Source of the DNA: Eledone cirrhosa
Taxonomy: Eukaryota
Assembly (NCBI GenBank): GCA_964016885.1
Contig: OZ024742.1
Coordinates: forward strand, 82,956,001-83,020,000
Length of the DNA stretch: 64,000 nucleotides
Reading direction: 5' to 3'
Under the pieces are notes generated by a model. That model saw only the letters and a program-made list of their open reading frames with translations, did no database searches and was not told where the DNA came from. Each line of letters begins with the position of its first letter. Positions within the stretch are counted from its first letter, which is position 1. Shown piece after piece: positions 40,843-55,558 of this stretch. Both the position numbers and the translations under genes were made by a program.

Positions 40843-40936
<94 letters not shown>

Positions 40937-42000
40937 TGTGTGTGTGTGTGTATGTGTGTGTATATATATATATATATATGTATATACACATATATATATA
41001 TATATGTGTGTGTATAAACATGCATATATTTATCTTGTGTCATTATTTGGAATTTCATAACGTTCTTGATCAGGCAGAGACCCGTTAGGGAGGTAAAAAG
41101 TACTCGGCAAATTTTTACTGGATCACAAACAATCCAAGTTGATCTTGATTTCATTTTAGACTGAAAATTACTGCCAATTTTTATACTCAAATATCTATAT
41201 GGTTATCATTGGCATTTTTTTTAAAGAATATATACACTTCTCTCATAGTTTGAATACAGGAGCAAGATATTTAGTACCACCCTTTGAAAATATTTTTTTT
41301 TTTTTATTTAAGGCAGAGTATAAAGTAATAATAATCGGGTCTTTTCAGCGACAGCGCTCAGAATTATTTACCTTCACCTTGGGTAACGAAAAAATAAGAT
41401 GATGACACTGCCTTATTATCTTATGAGATTTTTTAGAAAAACCTTTTTCTTTTCTTCTACTTTTGGACTATTGTCTAGGTAACATAAAAACGTCAAGCTT
41501 TCAAGTTTTCTTTTTAATCACAGACAGTCTGAATGTGCAGACAATAATTGTGTTTCTGAGAATATATTTTGATTTTTATATTTTTGTTTTTCATCTTCCC
41601 TGTAAATGGTTCAAGACGATAATTACGTCTTTGTGCGTTTGTCATAGATCACGTACATTTGTTAAACAATAAATATCAGATGGTGCAGCATAGTGGATTA
41701 AAGCAACATTCAATTAGTGACAACTGGACGTTTTTTATGAGTAACTTTAAATATTTTCCAGTATAAATGAATATCGTATACATAAACATATATATAAGTA
41801 TACAGACACCATGAAAGCACACACAAGAACGCCAGACATAAGCACATACCATAAAACAGACACATATATATGTATATATATTTATATACCCAGGACATAC
41901 ATATATATTTAAACAATAAATGGGGCCCTAACCGGCCAGATATGGTTTAAACTACTACTCCGGGCCGGATTTAGTTTAATGTCATACCCAGGACATATAT

Positions 42001-42041
<41 letters not shown>

Positions 42042-42309
42042 TATATGTATATGCATACATATATATATAACCCATAAATGGGGCCCTAACAGGTACTACT
42101 ACTCCGGGCCAGAGCAGACCTGGATGTACTTTAATGTCATACCCAGGACATTAAACTACATCCAGTGGCAACGCTCCAGTTGGGGAGTTCAGGAGCTGTG
42201 AGGGATGTGGAGTTACCCCTTAGTTGTCATAACTCCCAGGTCTGCTCTGGCCCGGAGTAGTAGTACCTGTTAGGGCCCAATTTATGGGTTAAATAACTAC
42301 CTTAGTCGA

Positions 42310-43188
42310 GTGGCGCCGGTAAGCTATTGTCAGCCATTGAAAAAAAATATGGAGACTCTATCTAACAGCACTAGGGTTAGAGCCCCTAATTACACTGTCA
42401 AGGAGAAGTCTGGTCGTTATGACTCTGCTGGCTTAGAGCCACAGGGGGTGGGGTCAGTTGATGATGGATCAGCTGTCTCTGAAACAAATATAAAGAATGC
42501 AGTTTTGTCCTACAGAAGAGCCATCAAAATGGGCAATTTGAATGTGAGGACTATTAGGACGCTGGAGAAGAGAGAGGATTTGGGACATCTGTTCGAGGAG
42601 AGTGGTATACAGATACTTGCGATCCATGAACACAGGATCCTACACGATCAGCCCGTGAGGGGTGTGATGATTGGGAAGATGAGCCAGCTCATCACCACAT
42701 CGGCAGTGAAGAACATGACCAATGCTGCTGTGGGAGGAGTGGGGTTTGTTTTCAGCACAAAAACCAGTCTATTGGTGAGGGAAATAATACCTGTCTCCCC
42801 GCGAGTGTTGGGGGTAACCTTCAATGGAAACCCAAGACTGACAGTCATCTCAGCCTATAGTCCAACCGACGGAGACAGTGACGTGAGTGCGGAAGAGTTC
42901 CATGACGAGGTGTGTAGAGCTGTCAACACCACACAAGCACACAACATCCTGCTTGTTTTGGGGGACTTCAATGCACATCTGAGTAAGGAGGGCAGTGAAG
43001 ATCCTTGCTGGTACTTCCATAACAACACCAACCGAAATGGAAGACTACTGAGAAACACCCAGCTGGAGGCGAACTTGATAGCAACCAACCTAAGGTTTAG
43101 GAAGAATCCGGGGAAGATGTGGACCTACATCTCAGATATGCACCTGTCCAAGTCCCAGATTGATTTCATTCTGGTGAGGAAAATGTAG
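42310..43188 (+). pseudogene. Apurinic-like endonuclease domain of the RTE ORF
   Basis: GNLNVRT, ILAIHEHR, GGVGF, ISAYSPT, LGDFNAH, NRNG, SQIDFIL. Confidence 0.92.
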
Positions 43189-43440
43189 CGGAATAGTATT
43201 CTGAGCACAGAACCATACAACTATTTCAGTACACTGGAGAGTGCCCACCGGCTTGTTATGAGTGAGGTCCGGGTGAGCTTAAGACAGAGCAAGGCTCAGC
43301 CCTGGAGAGTAATATATGACTGGGGAGCTTTCAAGGAAGATGATAAGCTACACGAGAGGTTCACAGTGGAAATGAGGAACAGGTTCAGTGCTCTGTGTGG
43401 GGAGACAGAGGAGAGAGAGATTGGATAGACTGAGGAGAGT

Positions 43441-45257
43441 GTGACGACGAGGTACGGGCACTTCACCAATACGGTGGCGGAAGCAAGTGAGACCCTGGTG
43501 CCGAGGAGAAAGAACAAAAGGAAGCACGTCAGCTCTGCAGACCCAAAAGTGTGTGCAGCCAGAGAACACCTGAAAGCTGCCAAGGACCAATTCTATGCTG
43601 ATCCTACGGAGGAGAGGATGGAGACTGTGGAGGTGATGAGGGAAGAATTCTGTACCGCTTACACTGAGGCCAGACAGGAGGTACTGATAGAGAAGATCAG
43701 AAATGTGGAGAGAGCGGTTGACAGGTCTGGATGTAAGGAGAGCTGGATGATCATCAACCAGATCACTGGGAGGAATAGAAGGTGTTCGAGTCAGATATCG
43801 GGACCAGGACACGAGGATAGGAAGAGGAAATGGCTAGACCATTTTAGGACCCTACTAGGAGAGCCGCCCTCCACAGCCCAGAGCACTGGGGAGATCAGGC
43901 AGCTGTTGGAAGAACAGGATATTGAGACAGAACCCTTCACCAGAGAGGAGCTTCAGAGAGCCAAGAAGACGATAAAGGAGGGCAAGGCGAGAGAAGAGGG
44001 AGTGGAATCAGAGGTGATGAAGAGGTGTGATTTTGATGATATCATCCTGAGATTCTGTAACCAGGCACTGGAGAAAGAAGTTGCCCCGAATCAGTGGAGG
44101 ATCAGTAACATCGTCCCAGTGCCAAAGAAGGGAGATCTCGCTAACACCAACAACTACAGGGGGATCTCACTGACGTCACTTGTGGCAAAGACCCTCAACA
44201 GGATGATTCTTAACAGGATCCAGCCTGAGATGGAGAAGACGCTCAGGGACAACCATAACGGTTTCAGAGAGGGAAGATCAACCGCCAGTCACATCCTGAT
44301 GCTGAGGAGGATATTAGAGGGAGCTAGAGCAAAGTGCCTTCCTGCTGTCATGGTTTTCATTGACTTTAGGAAGACCTTTGATTCTGTGGACCGTCACTGC
44401 CTGTTGAAGATCTTACAGGCTTATGGAATCCCCAAGAAGATAGTGGACCTGATATCACTGCTCTACACCAACACCAAAGCCCGAGTCGTTATACCTGATG
44501 GGAAGACAAAGTTATTTGAGATACTGGCTGGAGTGATCAAGGGAGATACATTGGCTCCCTACATTTTTATCATCGTAGTGGACTATTGTATGCGCCTTGC
44601 ACTGGAGAAACACGAGGACTCTGGTTTTACTGTAGCACCGGCTCAGGGCAGGAGAGTTAAGGCGAAAAAGATATCGGATGCTGAATTTGCCGACGACATA
44701 GTTTTGGTGACAAATACAGTGACTGAGGCAAGGGATTTGATGCAGGAGGTTGAGACTGTGTCGATGAGTGTGGGGCTGAGAATGAATGAGACTAAAACAA
44801 AATATCTGGTAGAGAATGTTGAGAATCCAGAGGGGATTACTAATGTAGGCAGGAAACCGGTAGAATTGGTGATGACTTCCTGTATTTGGGAGCAAAGATT
44901 GGGAATACAGAAGATGATGTGGTTGAGAGGAAGTGCAAAGCCTGGACAGCGTGCCACAGCTTGAGATCGGTGTGGAAGTCGGACCTTCCTAATGACCTGA
45001 AAATCCGCCTCTTCATTGTTGTAGTGGAGTCTGTGCCACTGTACGGGTCTGAGACTTGGACAGTGACCAAGAAACTCACTCAGATGATGGATGGGTGCTA
45101 CACGAGAATGCTGAGGATGGCTCTGAACATTAACCAGTATGCACTGAGGAGGAAAATCTCAAAGCTGTGTGGGAGCCTCCCAAAAGTCAGCTCAAAAGTG
45201 ACACAGAGGACACTGGGATTAGCTGGACATCCTCACCGACATCCAGAGTTGACATAG
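43441..45257 (+). pseudogene. Reverse transcriptase domain of the RTE ORF (frameshifted)
   Basis: PVPKKGDL..NYRGISL, GFREGRST, FIDFRKTFDSV, GDTLAP, EFADDI, LYGSETW. Confidence 0.93.
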
Positions 45258-45478
45258 CACTCAGTGCTCCTGTGGGAACCCCCACCCCTCTACATGATTC
45301 TCTGAAATTTTACCCGCCCTAGAATACATTTATATATAATAGTCCAGAAATAGCCGTCGAAACGGCTTGAGCTCTGCCGTCGGGGTCATACTTGTTCCTA
45401 TTACCTACTCTACTACCCTAAGTATTGAGTACTTTGGTACGTTATGGTCCATCTGGTTCCTTACCACAATTCCTGCGT

Positions 45479-45510
<32 letters not shown>

Positions 45511-45756
45511 CTCCTGGTTTTATAATTTCACAATTTTTTTCCGGTACTGAGAGAGTCGGTTTCTAACATAGACACACGACTCTCTCATTGAAATTTACAC
45601 AACATCAACTAGCTAGATATGTATGCATGTGTAGATATGGATGTGTAGATATGCATGTCTAGATATGGATGTTATTGTATGTGTAGATGTGTATGTTTGG
45701 GGTTGTATCTGTGCATGCGTATATGCTTTGCATCTGTACATGTGTATATGCAGTTA

Positions 45757-47400
45757 TTAGATGCAAAATATTTGGAATGTTTTACTTATTTTTACTGTTC
45801 CATTAATGGATTGTACTTGTAATTTCATAACTAGTTGTGTTCTTTCTGTTCCTGTGAAGCCCAGGTTCTCAAGATTTGTATTGAGGCAGTTACTAACACA
45901 TCCCAGTGCCCCAATAATCACAGGTATAATCAGGGTGGAGTATCTGCAGATTTCTCATCATTTCTGCATGAATATTTTCTTTTTCGCTAATCGTTGATAT
46001 TATATTGGCATTTGCTTCCACTACTGTGCATGCCTTCTTTTCCCTGTCCCATATCATAATATCTGCTCACTTATTTCGTATGTTTTTGTTGTAGTGTAGG
46101 AGAAATATTTATTTTCGATTTCTTTTAGCCACACTGCATCTTGGCTGAAATTCTTCATTTCACCTCATATTTTTCCCAAAAAGGAATCTATGTCTTTCTG
46201 GGATGGGGCCTCAGTGACACTTATTATTTTGCCCTTCATATCTTTTATTAAGCACTTTTCTTTCCTCTACCTTCTGAAGGTATCGGCGTTTTTCGCTAAC
46301 AGCTCTCAATTCTTGTTTGAGGGTGATCAGCTTATAGTGGAGAGTTCTGTTTCTACTGTTACCAAACATCGTCTCTATTTTATTTTTCACTCTTTGTTGG
46401 TTGAGGAGTGAAGTTATTTTGTGTGTGTTTGAATGTAAAGAGCATTGTCACATATCCTATGGTTTTTCGTAGGTCAGCAAACTTTTTTTCTATTTTAGTT
46501 ATATATGATGGTATTATTGGTGGTGTTTTGTCCTTGTTAATATCTCTGATATCACCAAGATAATGCTTCACTGTAGTTGCTAAGGTATATAAACAAGCGT
46601 TGATTTGCCAAAATGTTGGGGTTCTTATCCGTCGTAAATATTCATTCCCTATTTCGTCAATAACACGTAATATTTCATTATTTGTTTTTTTATTAAATAT
46701 TGTTGTTTTTATACGTTCAGAAAGAGAAATGTTTATACATGAATTAATTTCTCTCTTGAAGATTTCGTTGAGGGAAATGTTCAATTGTTTATACTTTTGA
46801 TTATTATTATTATCGATAGTATTTTCCACAACAATCGAGGTAGACTCAGATGGGACACGTGGTGTCAAATTTCTTCGATTATTATTATTATCGATAGTAT
46901 TTTCCCCAGCATTCGAGGTAGACTTAGATGGTACACGTGGTGTCTGATTTCTTACAGGCATAGTTGTTTGAAGGCACTGTTCGGCCTGATTGGTAGGAAG
47001 TTTAGTAGCATGGCGACGTGTTGTTGATTCCATGTTTGTTGTGGGAGACTTACAATTAATAATATTTATCTTATTTTTACGTTCAACAAACGTAGCTTGT
47101 TGGCGTAATTGTTTCGCTGTGAAATGATTTAGGCACTGGATGTATTTCGTCCCAGTGTAGCTTCATTCTGTACATATAGCCAATGGAGGGATTGTTTTTT
47201 GGCCATGTTATAACAATTAAATAAATCATCATTAAGTTCGCAACTCCAAGGGAAATGCAATTTATAATTTCGGTTTCTTCTGTAGCTACAACTGAAAAAA
47301 TTTTGTTTACCATTCTCGTTTTTCTTCGGTATTCCACTGATGTTGTTGTTGCTGATGTTGTGTTCAGCCATGCCGTTTGTATCAAATCCTTGTAAAATAA
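45757..47400 (-). mobile_element. Internally deleted R4/Dong-like LINE (N-terminal region joined to the RLE C-terminus)
   Basis: YMYRMKLHWDEIHP N-terminal block; 217-aa ORF; IIPVIIGALG tail at ~45930; 46065-46243 duplicates 48790-48968. Confidence 0.7.
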
Positions 47401-47479
47401 ATAATGTATTTAGTCGGATGTCTCTGCGAATTCGAAAAAAAGGTGTCTTCAGTTGATATAGTTAGAAGACTATCCAGTT

Positions 47480-48968
47480 ATTCAACATCACTGGTAGTTG
47501 TGGCATTACTGTCGGAGATAGTATTCATCTTAAATTTAATGAATTTGCCTCCTTGCTTACGTTTCAAGTAAAGGCGGTCTATGTCACTGTTGATGTAGAA
47601 GTTTCTGATGTTGTTTATAATTTCTCGAGTTCCAACATCAACTGCTCGGATTTCGTCTATCGTCCAATTGAGTATTCCAAACGTTGGTGTTAGGACAGGC
47701 ACAGCAAACACGTTGTGAGCCACTGTTTTATTTTGCGCAGAGAGTTCCGATGATCAGATCTGTCTTAATCGGGTATAGTATTCCCTGGTTACGCGTTCTT
47801 TATTACAGATACCATTATAGGATATGTTCACATCTATCCCCAGGTATCTGTAGCAGTCATCATCAGATGTCTGTGAAACAGTTATGCCATTGATGACAAT
47901 GTTGCTAGATTGGGTTGTTGTTTTCCCCCGCTTTACAGTCATGTATGAGCATTTATCTTGGCCAAACTCCATTCTTATATCCTTTGAGAACGTTGTAACC
48001 AGGTCAAGATTTTTCGTCATCCCATCCATGTTCTTGGCATAGAGTTTCAGTCGTCTACAAAGAGATTATGGCTTTGGTTCGTATTTCTGTCCTCCTGTGT
48101 GCCAATGATTTATCCCTCATATTTCTTGAGCAGAAATGACAAGACTTTTAATGACAAGATGAATAATATCACAGAGAGGCTGCCCCCTTGAAATATACCT
48201 CTGCAATATTTTATTTTATCAGTGAAAATAGAGTCGTCCCTCTTTGTCTTTAAGTTTAGGATAGTAGCCCAAGAAGAAGACAGCCACTATATGGCTCTGA
48301 CAATAATGCCTGGGACTTTAGCAAGTTGGAGGTCCTCTATCATCCAAGAGTGGGGAACATATTCTAAAGCTTTCCTGTAGTCCACCGACATCGCAGCCGA
48401 CATCGCAGTTTTGTTGATTAGGAGTTGTTCAGCACATCACCAAACCCCTTTCTTTCCAGCTGCTTGTTCATTTGTGATGATGTTGTTATTTTCACAGTTA
48501 TCTTGGAGCAATAGGTACAGGCAGGCTGTATACATCTTATACATCAGGTTCTGGCATGCAATGGGTCGTTAGTTTTTTGCCAAATGGGTGTCTTTGTTCT
48601 TGGGGACCAATAATGTTTGTGTTAATGTCAACCATTCTGGTATAAGTGTATTTTCTTAAGAACATGTTGGTAGAGGTCAGTAAGATACATCCAATAGAAT
48701 ATCAGTTTTTTGTACCAGTAGCCGACAATCATGTCTCTTCCTGGTGTTTTGTCATCTTGGAGTTTTCCTATCACAGTCTCAAGGGTACCTTCACTTATTT
48801 CGTATGTTTTTGTTGTAGTGTAGGAGCAATAGTTCTTTCGGATTTTTCCTTAGCCACACTGAATCTTGGTTGAAATTCTTCTTTTCACCCCATATTTTGC
48901 TCCAAAAGGAATCTATGTCTTTCTGGGATGGGGCCTCAGTGACACTTATTATTTTGACCTTCATATCT
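47480..48968 (-). mobile_element. R4/Dong-like LINE reverse transcriptase region, degraded
   Basis: RPIACQNLMYKMYTACL, DYRKA..VPHSWM, RGIFQGGSLS..LF, FVDD, MEFGQDKC, YRYLGI, AVPVLT, IDRLYLKRKQGG. Confidence 0.85.
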
Positions 48969-49037
48969 CTATAGACTGATGTTTGATTTTATGTATGTAT
49001 GTATGTATGTATGTATGTATGTATGTATGCATGTATG

Positions 49038-49141
<104 letters not shown>

Positions 49142-49297
49142 GAGAGTGGGGGAGAGAAATGGTGTGGTTGGAAATAGCACTGAAAATATATTTAAGGATC
49201 TGTTTTTCTTTTTTTTTCCTTTTCTTTGATTCGTCAAAACTGCATTATTGAAAAGTATTTAATCACAAATTATTTAAACAAAAGAGTTTTATAATGT

Positions 49298-50902
49298 ACT
49301 AGCAGTAAAGCCCGGCGTTGCTCGGGGTCGCTCAGTAGCTGTGTTAAAGTTACAATGTTAAGTTTCTTTTTTGGCTTAAAGTCTGTCTGCACGACTGTCT
49401 GTCTGCACGCCTAACGAAATTTACAGATACATATATTTTAAATAAACTTATATAATTTTTGCTTTTTTTTTACAAAATATTTGCTTGTTTTACGTAGTCT
49501 TTAAATAGACTTGTTTTCAAGTAAAAATATTGTTTTAAAAGGCTTTTAAATGGAAATGAAGCAAAACGGAAGCTTAGTGTTCGAACTGATGAATTTTGCA
49601 GGTCAAAATTTTGCTGGCTCGACAACTATTCGTGTATTGTGTTAATGTCATTTTAAACGCTGAGAAAGCCAGCGTAATTTTTTTAATTTTTGCACGCAGA
49701 AAATGTAAACAGAACGTAAGACGCTCAATGTAAACAGAACAAAGGGAAATAACTCGTCACTTACGCTCAAAAATCGATACATTAGATTCGATTTCGTCAC
49801 ATAGGGTGGGTCAATTTGAAATATTTTTTTCCGATGTCTTCGCTAGGGCTCAATGTACAAGTATAGCAATTTCGGTGCAATTCCGTCAGAGATTCTGAGA
49901 GGAGATGTGTGCCAAAAATCGATAGACAGACAACCACGGCTTTATATATATAGACTAGCAGTAAAGCCCGGCGTTGCTCGGGGTCGCTCAGTAACTGTGT
50001 TAAAGTTACAATGTTAAGTTTCTTTCTTGGCTTAAAAACTGTAGTGTCTACTGTGCAGACTTGCATGTGGTGTTTTTGATTAATATTCCCTCAACCAACA
50101 ATATGCCTTATGAAGTTAAGAAAACATAACGATAACCCGAATGTTATAACAAAAGAGGATGCTGGGGATAGAAACTGCACTGGTTATTTATTAACAAAGA
50201 TCGAAAATGTAAACACTGCAACGCAGAGAAAAACATTAGCGTAACCAAATTATCAGTTATGTCTGTCTGCACGCCTATATCACCTCTCTGCACGACTGTC
50301 TGTCTGTCTGCACGCCTATATCACCTCTCTGCACGACTGTCTGTCTGCACGCCTATATCACCTCTCTGCACGACTGTCTGTCTGCACGCCTATATCACCT
50401 CTCTGCACGACCGACTGTCTGCACGCGTATATCACCTCTCTGCACGACTGTCTGTCTGCACGACTGTCTGTCTGCACGCCTAACGACGAAATATTTGCTT
50501 GTTTTACGTAGTCTTTAAATAGACTTGTTTTCAAGTAAAAATATTGTTTTAAAATGCTTTTAAATGGAAATGAAGCAAAACGGAAGCTTAGTGTTCAACT
50601 GTTCGTGTATTGTGTTAATGTCATTTTAAACGCTGAGAAAGCCAGCGTAATTTTTTACGTAAGACGCTCAATGTAAACAGAACAAAGGGAAATAACTGAT
50701 AACTTACGCTCAAAAATCGATACATTATATTCGATTTCGTCACATAGGGTGGGTCAATTTGAAATTTTTTTTTGCGATGTCTTCGCTAGGGCTCAATGTA
50801 CAAGTATAGCAATTTCGGTGCAATTCCGTGATAGATTCTAAGAGGAGATGTGTGCCAAAAATCGATAGACAGACAGACAACCACAGTTTTATATATATAG
50901 AT
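49298..50902. mobile_element. Two head-to-tail non-autonomous Helentron/DINE-1-like elements (49298-49953 and 49954-50902)
   Basis: Each starts actagcagtaaagcccggcgttgctcggg (short hairpin) and ends gacagaca...tatatatatagA; internal tandem repeat present. Confidence 0.7.
50260..50482. repeat. ~37-41-bp minisatellite inside the DINE-like element
   Basis: About five copies of ctgcacgcctatatcacctctctgcacgactgtctgt; collapsed to a short version at 49381-49412. Confidence 0.9.
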
Positions 50903-52061
50903 TAGTTGAGGGATTTAAATCGATCGAATGTAAGACCACATGTTGGGTGTCGCCTGATTGGGATGACTGTGCGCCATCTATTCTTGCCTCACCTGAAGCT
51001 TGTGAGAATGATCTGAATACAGGTCAAAATGTTACAATCTTCTAATTCGTACTTTTTTCCAGATGTAGCCAGCAGGATTGGTTCCATAACAGAAACTGCA
51101 GGAGTGGGGCTAAGGAACGCGATTGGTAATACTGTTTTCACTGTTACAATTGCTGCGACTCAACGACACTTCAAAGAGGGAAGCCGTACTGATGATCTCC
51201 TCTGCAAGATAGAACGTCTGCAGTCCGTCTAAGGAACGAGCCCCGCGAGGTGCAGTGGCTGTTGTAGTGGCTGTCGCTCGTCATTGTCCGCAGGAATGCT
51301 TCTGCTTCCGCGTGGCATAGCCCCAACAGAACCACATCATATTCCTAGAGAACATAAACCTCTAACGCCCCCCCCCCCCTCCAATTCTTCTGTGATCCTA
51401 GAGCCTTTTCCTTCCTTTTCCGTTTTCATAACCTTAAAAACACTTGCATCTTTTACAATAACACCTTTATCGTATAATGTAGGCTGGAAAGTAAAGAAAT
51501 ACATTAATGCATGGCCAACGACTAGAAGGCATTTCTCGCGTTCGTGACCAAAGAAAGCAAGAAAGGTGAAAAAGCAAGACGAGAGAAGGAACGTGAGAGT
51601 GAGAGATATTTTAAAAAATTGTCAAGAAATGTCGTTAGCCGATTAACCTCTACAGTTAATAAAAGGTGAGCACGTAACAGGTAAAAATATATAAAATATC
51701 ATACAATACACACATACGCGCGATAGAGTGAAAGAGTGTATGTATTTGTGCAAGAATGTTCTTGATTTATAGATAAAATGATTGTTATATTCTCAGCAAC
51801 ATTTAATAAAAAATATATATCAAAAAATTATTGGAGAAATTTTGTGAGCCTATTTTGCCAATAAAATCATCTTTCGTCCAGCCGTTTCTTTTTAACTGTA
51901 AACAAAATTAAAAGAAAAATAATATTAACAACAAAACGAGACATGAACCGATTTTCAGTTTTTATATCGTGTGGCAAACTTAAAGTAAAACAAAACAAAA
52001 ACGAATAAGAGACATTAATACAATTTGCTCTGAAAACAAAGGTAGTGAGTGTGTTATGTGT

Positions 52062-52127
<66 letters not shown>

Positions 52128-52874
52128 TGATGATGATGATGATGATGATAATGGTGGTGGTAGTGTGGTCTGTGTGTGTGGGGAGGATACTATGAAAAAG
52201 ACAAAGTAAAGGTGATTCTGAGTTAGAAAATGATGAGGAAGAAAATGAAATAGTGTTAAGGATAAGTAGAGGAAACCTACTTATAGAAATTATACAGTTA
52301 ATTCTTCTTTTATGGTAATTCTCTCAACAGGACATGTCTTGATTTCTGATAACTGTAAGTATTTGTGAAATATCTAATTCTGGAACATACATTAATTACA
52401 ACGACAACCAGAGGTGGTTTTTGTCATTTACATTACACAGGAACATTTCAGAGACAACGGGCTTTTGAATTGGCTTGAAACCATGCATAATTTGAATGAA
52501 CAGGACGTAAATGAGAGACGTTTGTAGATTTTTACGACCGTCTGCTTGTATGTATTACAATGAATTGTTTTATTGCTTGCTGCAAACCAGTCGGTAATAT
52601 GTCGGAGTAAATTGAAGATTTGTGCGTATAGGTTTCTAAAAATATCCATTTGTATTTCTATTTTGAAACTAGTAACATATGCTCGAGGATAGTTACCATA
52701 TCTGTGAGAAAAATGACACCATTACCACCTATATGACCACACCTACCTGAACCATATCAGCAACAATATCTGTAATAAAAATTACCCTGACAACTCAGAT
52801 GACAATATCAACTAACTTGTAAAATCAACAAAAGTAAATATTGTAAGTCTGTTTTCTCTCTCTCATCTCTCTCA

Positions 52875-52941
<67 letters not shown>

Positions 52942-52947
52942 CTCTCT

Positions 52948-52992
<45 letters not shown>

Positions 52993-53876
52993 CGTATAAG
53001 GTTCGACATAAAAAGTGAAGAAGTTTTAATATCAAATTAATCCATGGGAAGAAATTCATAACATTTATTTTGCGTATAATATTTCTGTCAGAATAGTATA
53101 ATTCTAAATATAATCTATGTAGAATACAACCTATTTTGTGTAGAAATCACATGATATATATGAAATGTTACACGGGGACGTCTTACTTCCATTACGTGTT
53201 ATTTTGTTTAATCTATTGAGACAGAAGATCCGATGGGCCAGTGAGTGTCATCCAGTATTCATAAATTCGATCCAATCAATATTTTGTAATATTGGGTCGA
53301 CAGGAACTGTGAGGAATCATGTTGAACTGAATATTATTTCCTTTTATGTACTAAACACTTCCACAGTTTAAGGATCTCTGGTATTCATTTGAATAGGTGA
53401 ATCCTAGTACAGCTCAAATGTACTGCGCAACAACAAAAATCATGTTTTCGTATACTTTGACTTGTCCGCCCATTAGTAACAAAAGCCCTTTAAAGATACA
53501 ATCAAGGTTTGAGGCCCGTTGCGTTATCAACATCTCATCATATATGCGAGCTTATGTGTACAAAAACACATTTAAATTGTGGGCAGAAGTGCGGAAATCG
53601 GTTTATATTATTGATTGGTGTGGTTGCAGGGGACGGGATATAAGCGCAAAAGATAAGAAGATGAAAACATAAACTATAAATGATGTTCGGTAAAAATGTA
53701 TTAGGAATATATATAAAAAGCTGAAATAAAATGGTAAAAAAGGAAGGGGATAGGAAGGGTGAAAAGGTTGACAAATTAATAACGACAAAAATTATAATAA
53801 ATAAACGGATAATATTAATAATATTAAATATTCGAGTGAGAAAGGAAAGTGGGAGATGAATTAGAGCAAAATAAAA

Positions 53877-54043
53877 TAAATGTACTGGTAAGAATGAAGA
53901 TGAAAAGAAAAAGAAAAATAATAATGGTAATAATAATGGTAATAATAATTATATATATATATATTACACACACACGCACATTTATATATTACATACATAC
54001 ATACATACACATATATATATATATATATGTGTATATATGTATG

Positions 54044-54109
<66 letters not shown>

Positions 54110-54118
54110 TACATATAT

Positions 54119-54190
<72 letters not shown>

Positions 54191-54295
54191 ATGTTTGTAT
54201 GTAATATATAAATATGCGTGTGTGTGTAATATATATATAATTATTATTACCATTATTATTTTTATTTTTATTTTCATCTTCATCCTTACCAGTAC

Positions 54296-54300
<5 letters not shown>
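53877..54300. repeat. Foldback duplication centred on a (TA)n tract
   Basis: taaatgtactggtaag...tattacatac / gtatgtaata...cttaccagtacattta. Confidence 0.75.
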
Positions 54301-54362
<62 letters not shown>

Positions 54363-55474
54363 CATGTACGTGTTTATGCATGTATATATTTGTGTCTCTG
54401 CTGATGTGATACACACATACATATGAATGCACTTCAAACAAACATTAAACGACTTATATTAAAATTATTCCTAAAATTACTTCAATTGCTGAATTTAATT
54501 TTAGACGAGTGACTGAGATGAATGAAAAAAAAATGTATTCTATTCTATTATTTATTATATCGATTTCGCTTTGCTGATCTGCTAAAATGAATGAGACTGA
54601 ATGAAAGAGAGAAAGTGAGAGAAGGAAAAGAAGAATAACAAGAGGAAAACTAGAGAGAGATCATGTGAGAGAAAATAAGATTGAAAGAAAAAGAGAGATG
54701 CTGAGAGAGACAAAAGAGATGAGGTGTAAGAAACATGGAAGCGAGAAACTACGATGAATTCGAATAGTGACAGAGTGAGAGCATGTACCAAGAGAAACAG
54801 CGAGAAAAAGAAGGAAAAATAGAAAAAGCAGGGAAAGAGAAATAGATTGGATACAATGAGTTGAGAGTGGTTTATTTAAAATTTGAATTAGATGTGTTAT
54901 TCTGAAAACCCGTTATACATTAGGCATTATAGACTTTCTACTGTCTATGAACGAGATGTTAATTCACAAAAACAGATCGTTGAGAAAAAACTTATGTAGT
55001 AAATATCTTCGGTGACTTATGCAATTGCAGGGAAAGATACACAGTGGTTCAATTTCATGCGTCCAATGTTTCATAATGTATGTAAAAATATATTGTTCCT
55101 TCCAGGAAATACGCCACGTGCTTCAGCTAGACGATATAATTTCTGTTGGCAACGAAATATGAGAAAAGTATTTTGAGGATATTTCTTCCAGCCAGCTTCC
55201 TTTTGATATCAAATCCCACAGGTATCTGTTTCTCTGTTCGAGATAATGGGTGGCATCGTTTAGCAAACCTTCATGGCCACTGGGGACATCATCTAAGAAC
55301 ATTCAGCTGCAAACATTTGAGCAAGGTGTTCGATTTTAAGACACTTTCTTCCCTTCCTCCCACCCTGTAGGTACCCTCACAATAAATTACGGAAATGCTG
55401 GTAAACAATAATTACAAAAATCAGAATTCTAACCGAACAAAAATGCATAATTTATATATATATATATACATATA

Positions 55475-55558
<84 letters not shown>

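Larger units (their letters stand above)
42069..45322 (+). mobile_element. Near full-length RTE-clade LINE (5' UTR, APE, RT), inactivated
   Basis: Single APE-RT reading frame broken by stops (43186, ~43426) and a frameshift (~44870); its 3' end matches the other copies. Confidence 0.95.

Noticed and set aside
51029-51547. Possible host exon after a ttttttccag acceptor
   Set aside because: No recognisable protein and no partner exons; it needs BLASTX or RNA-seq evidence.
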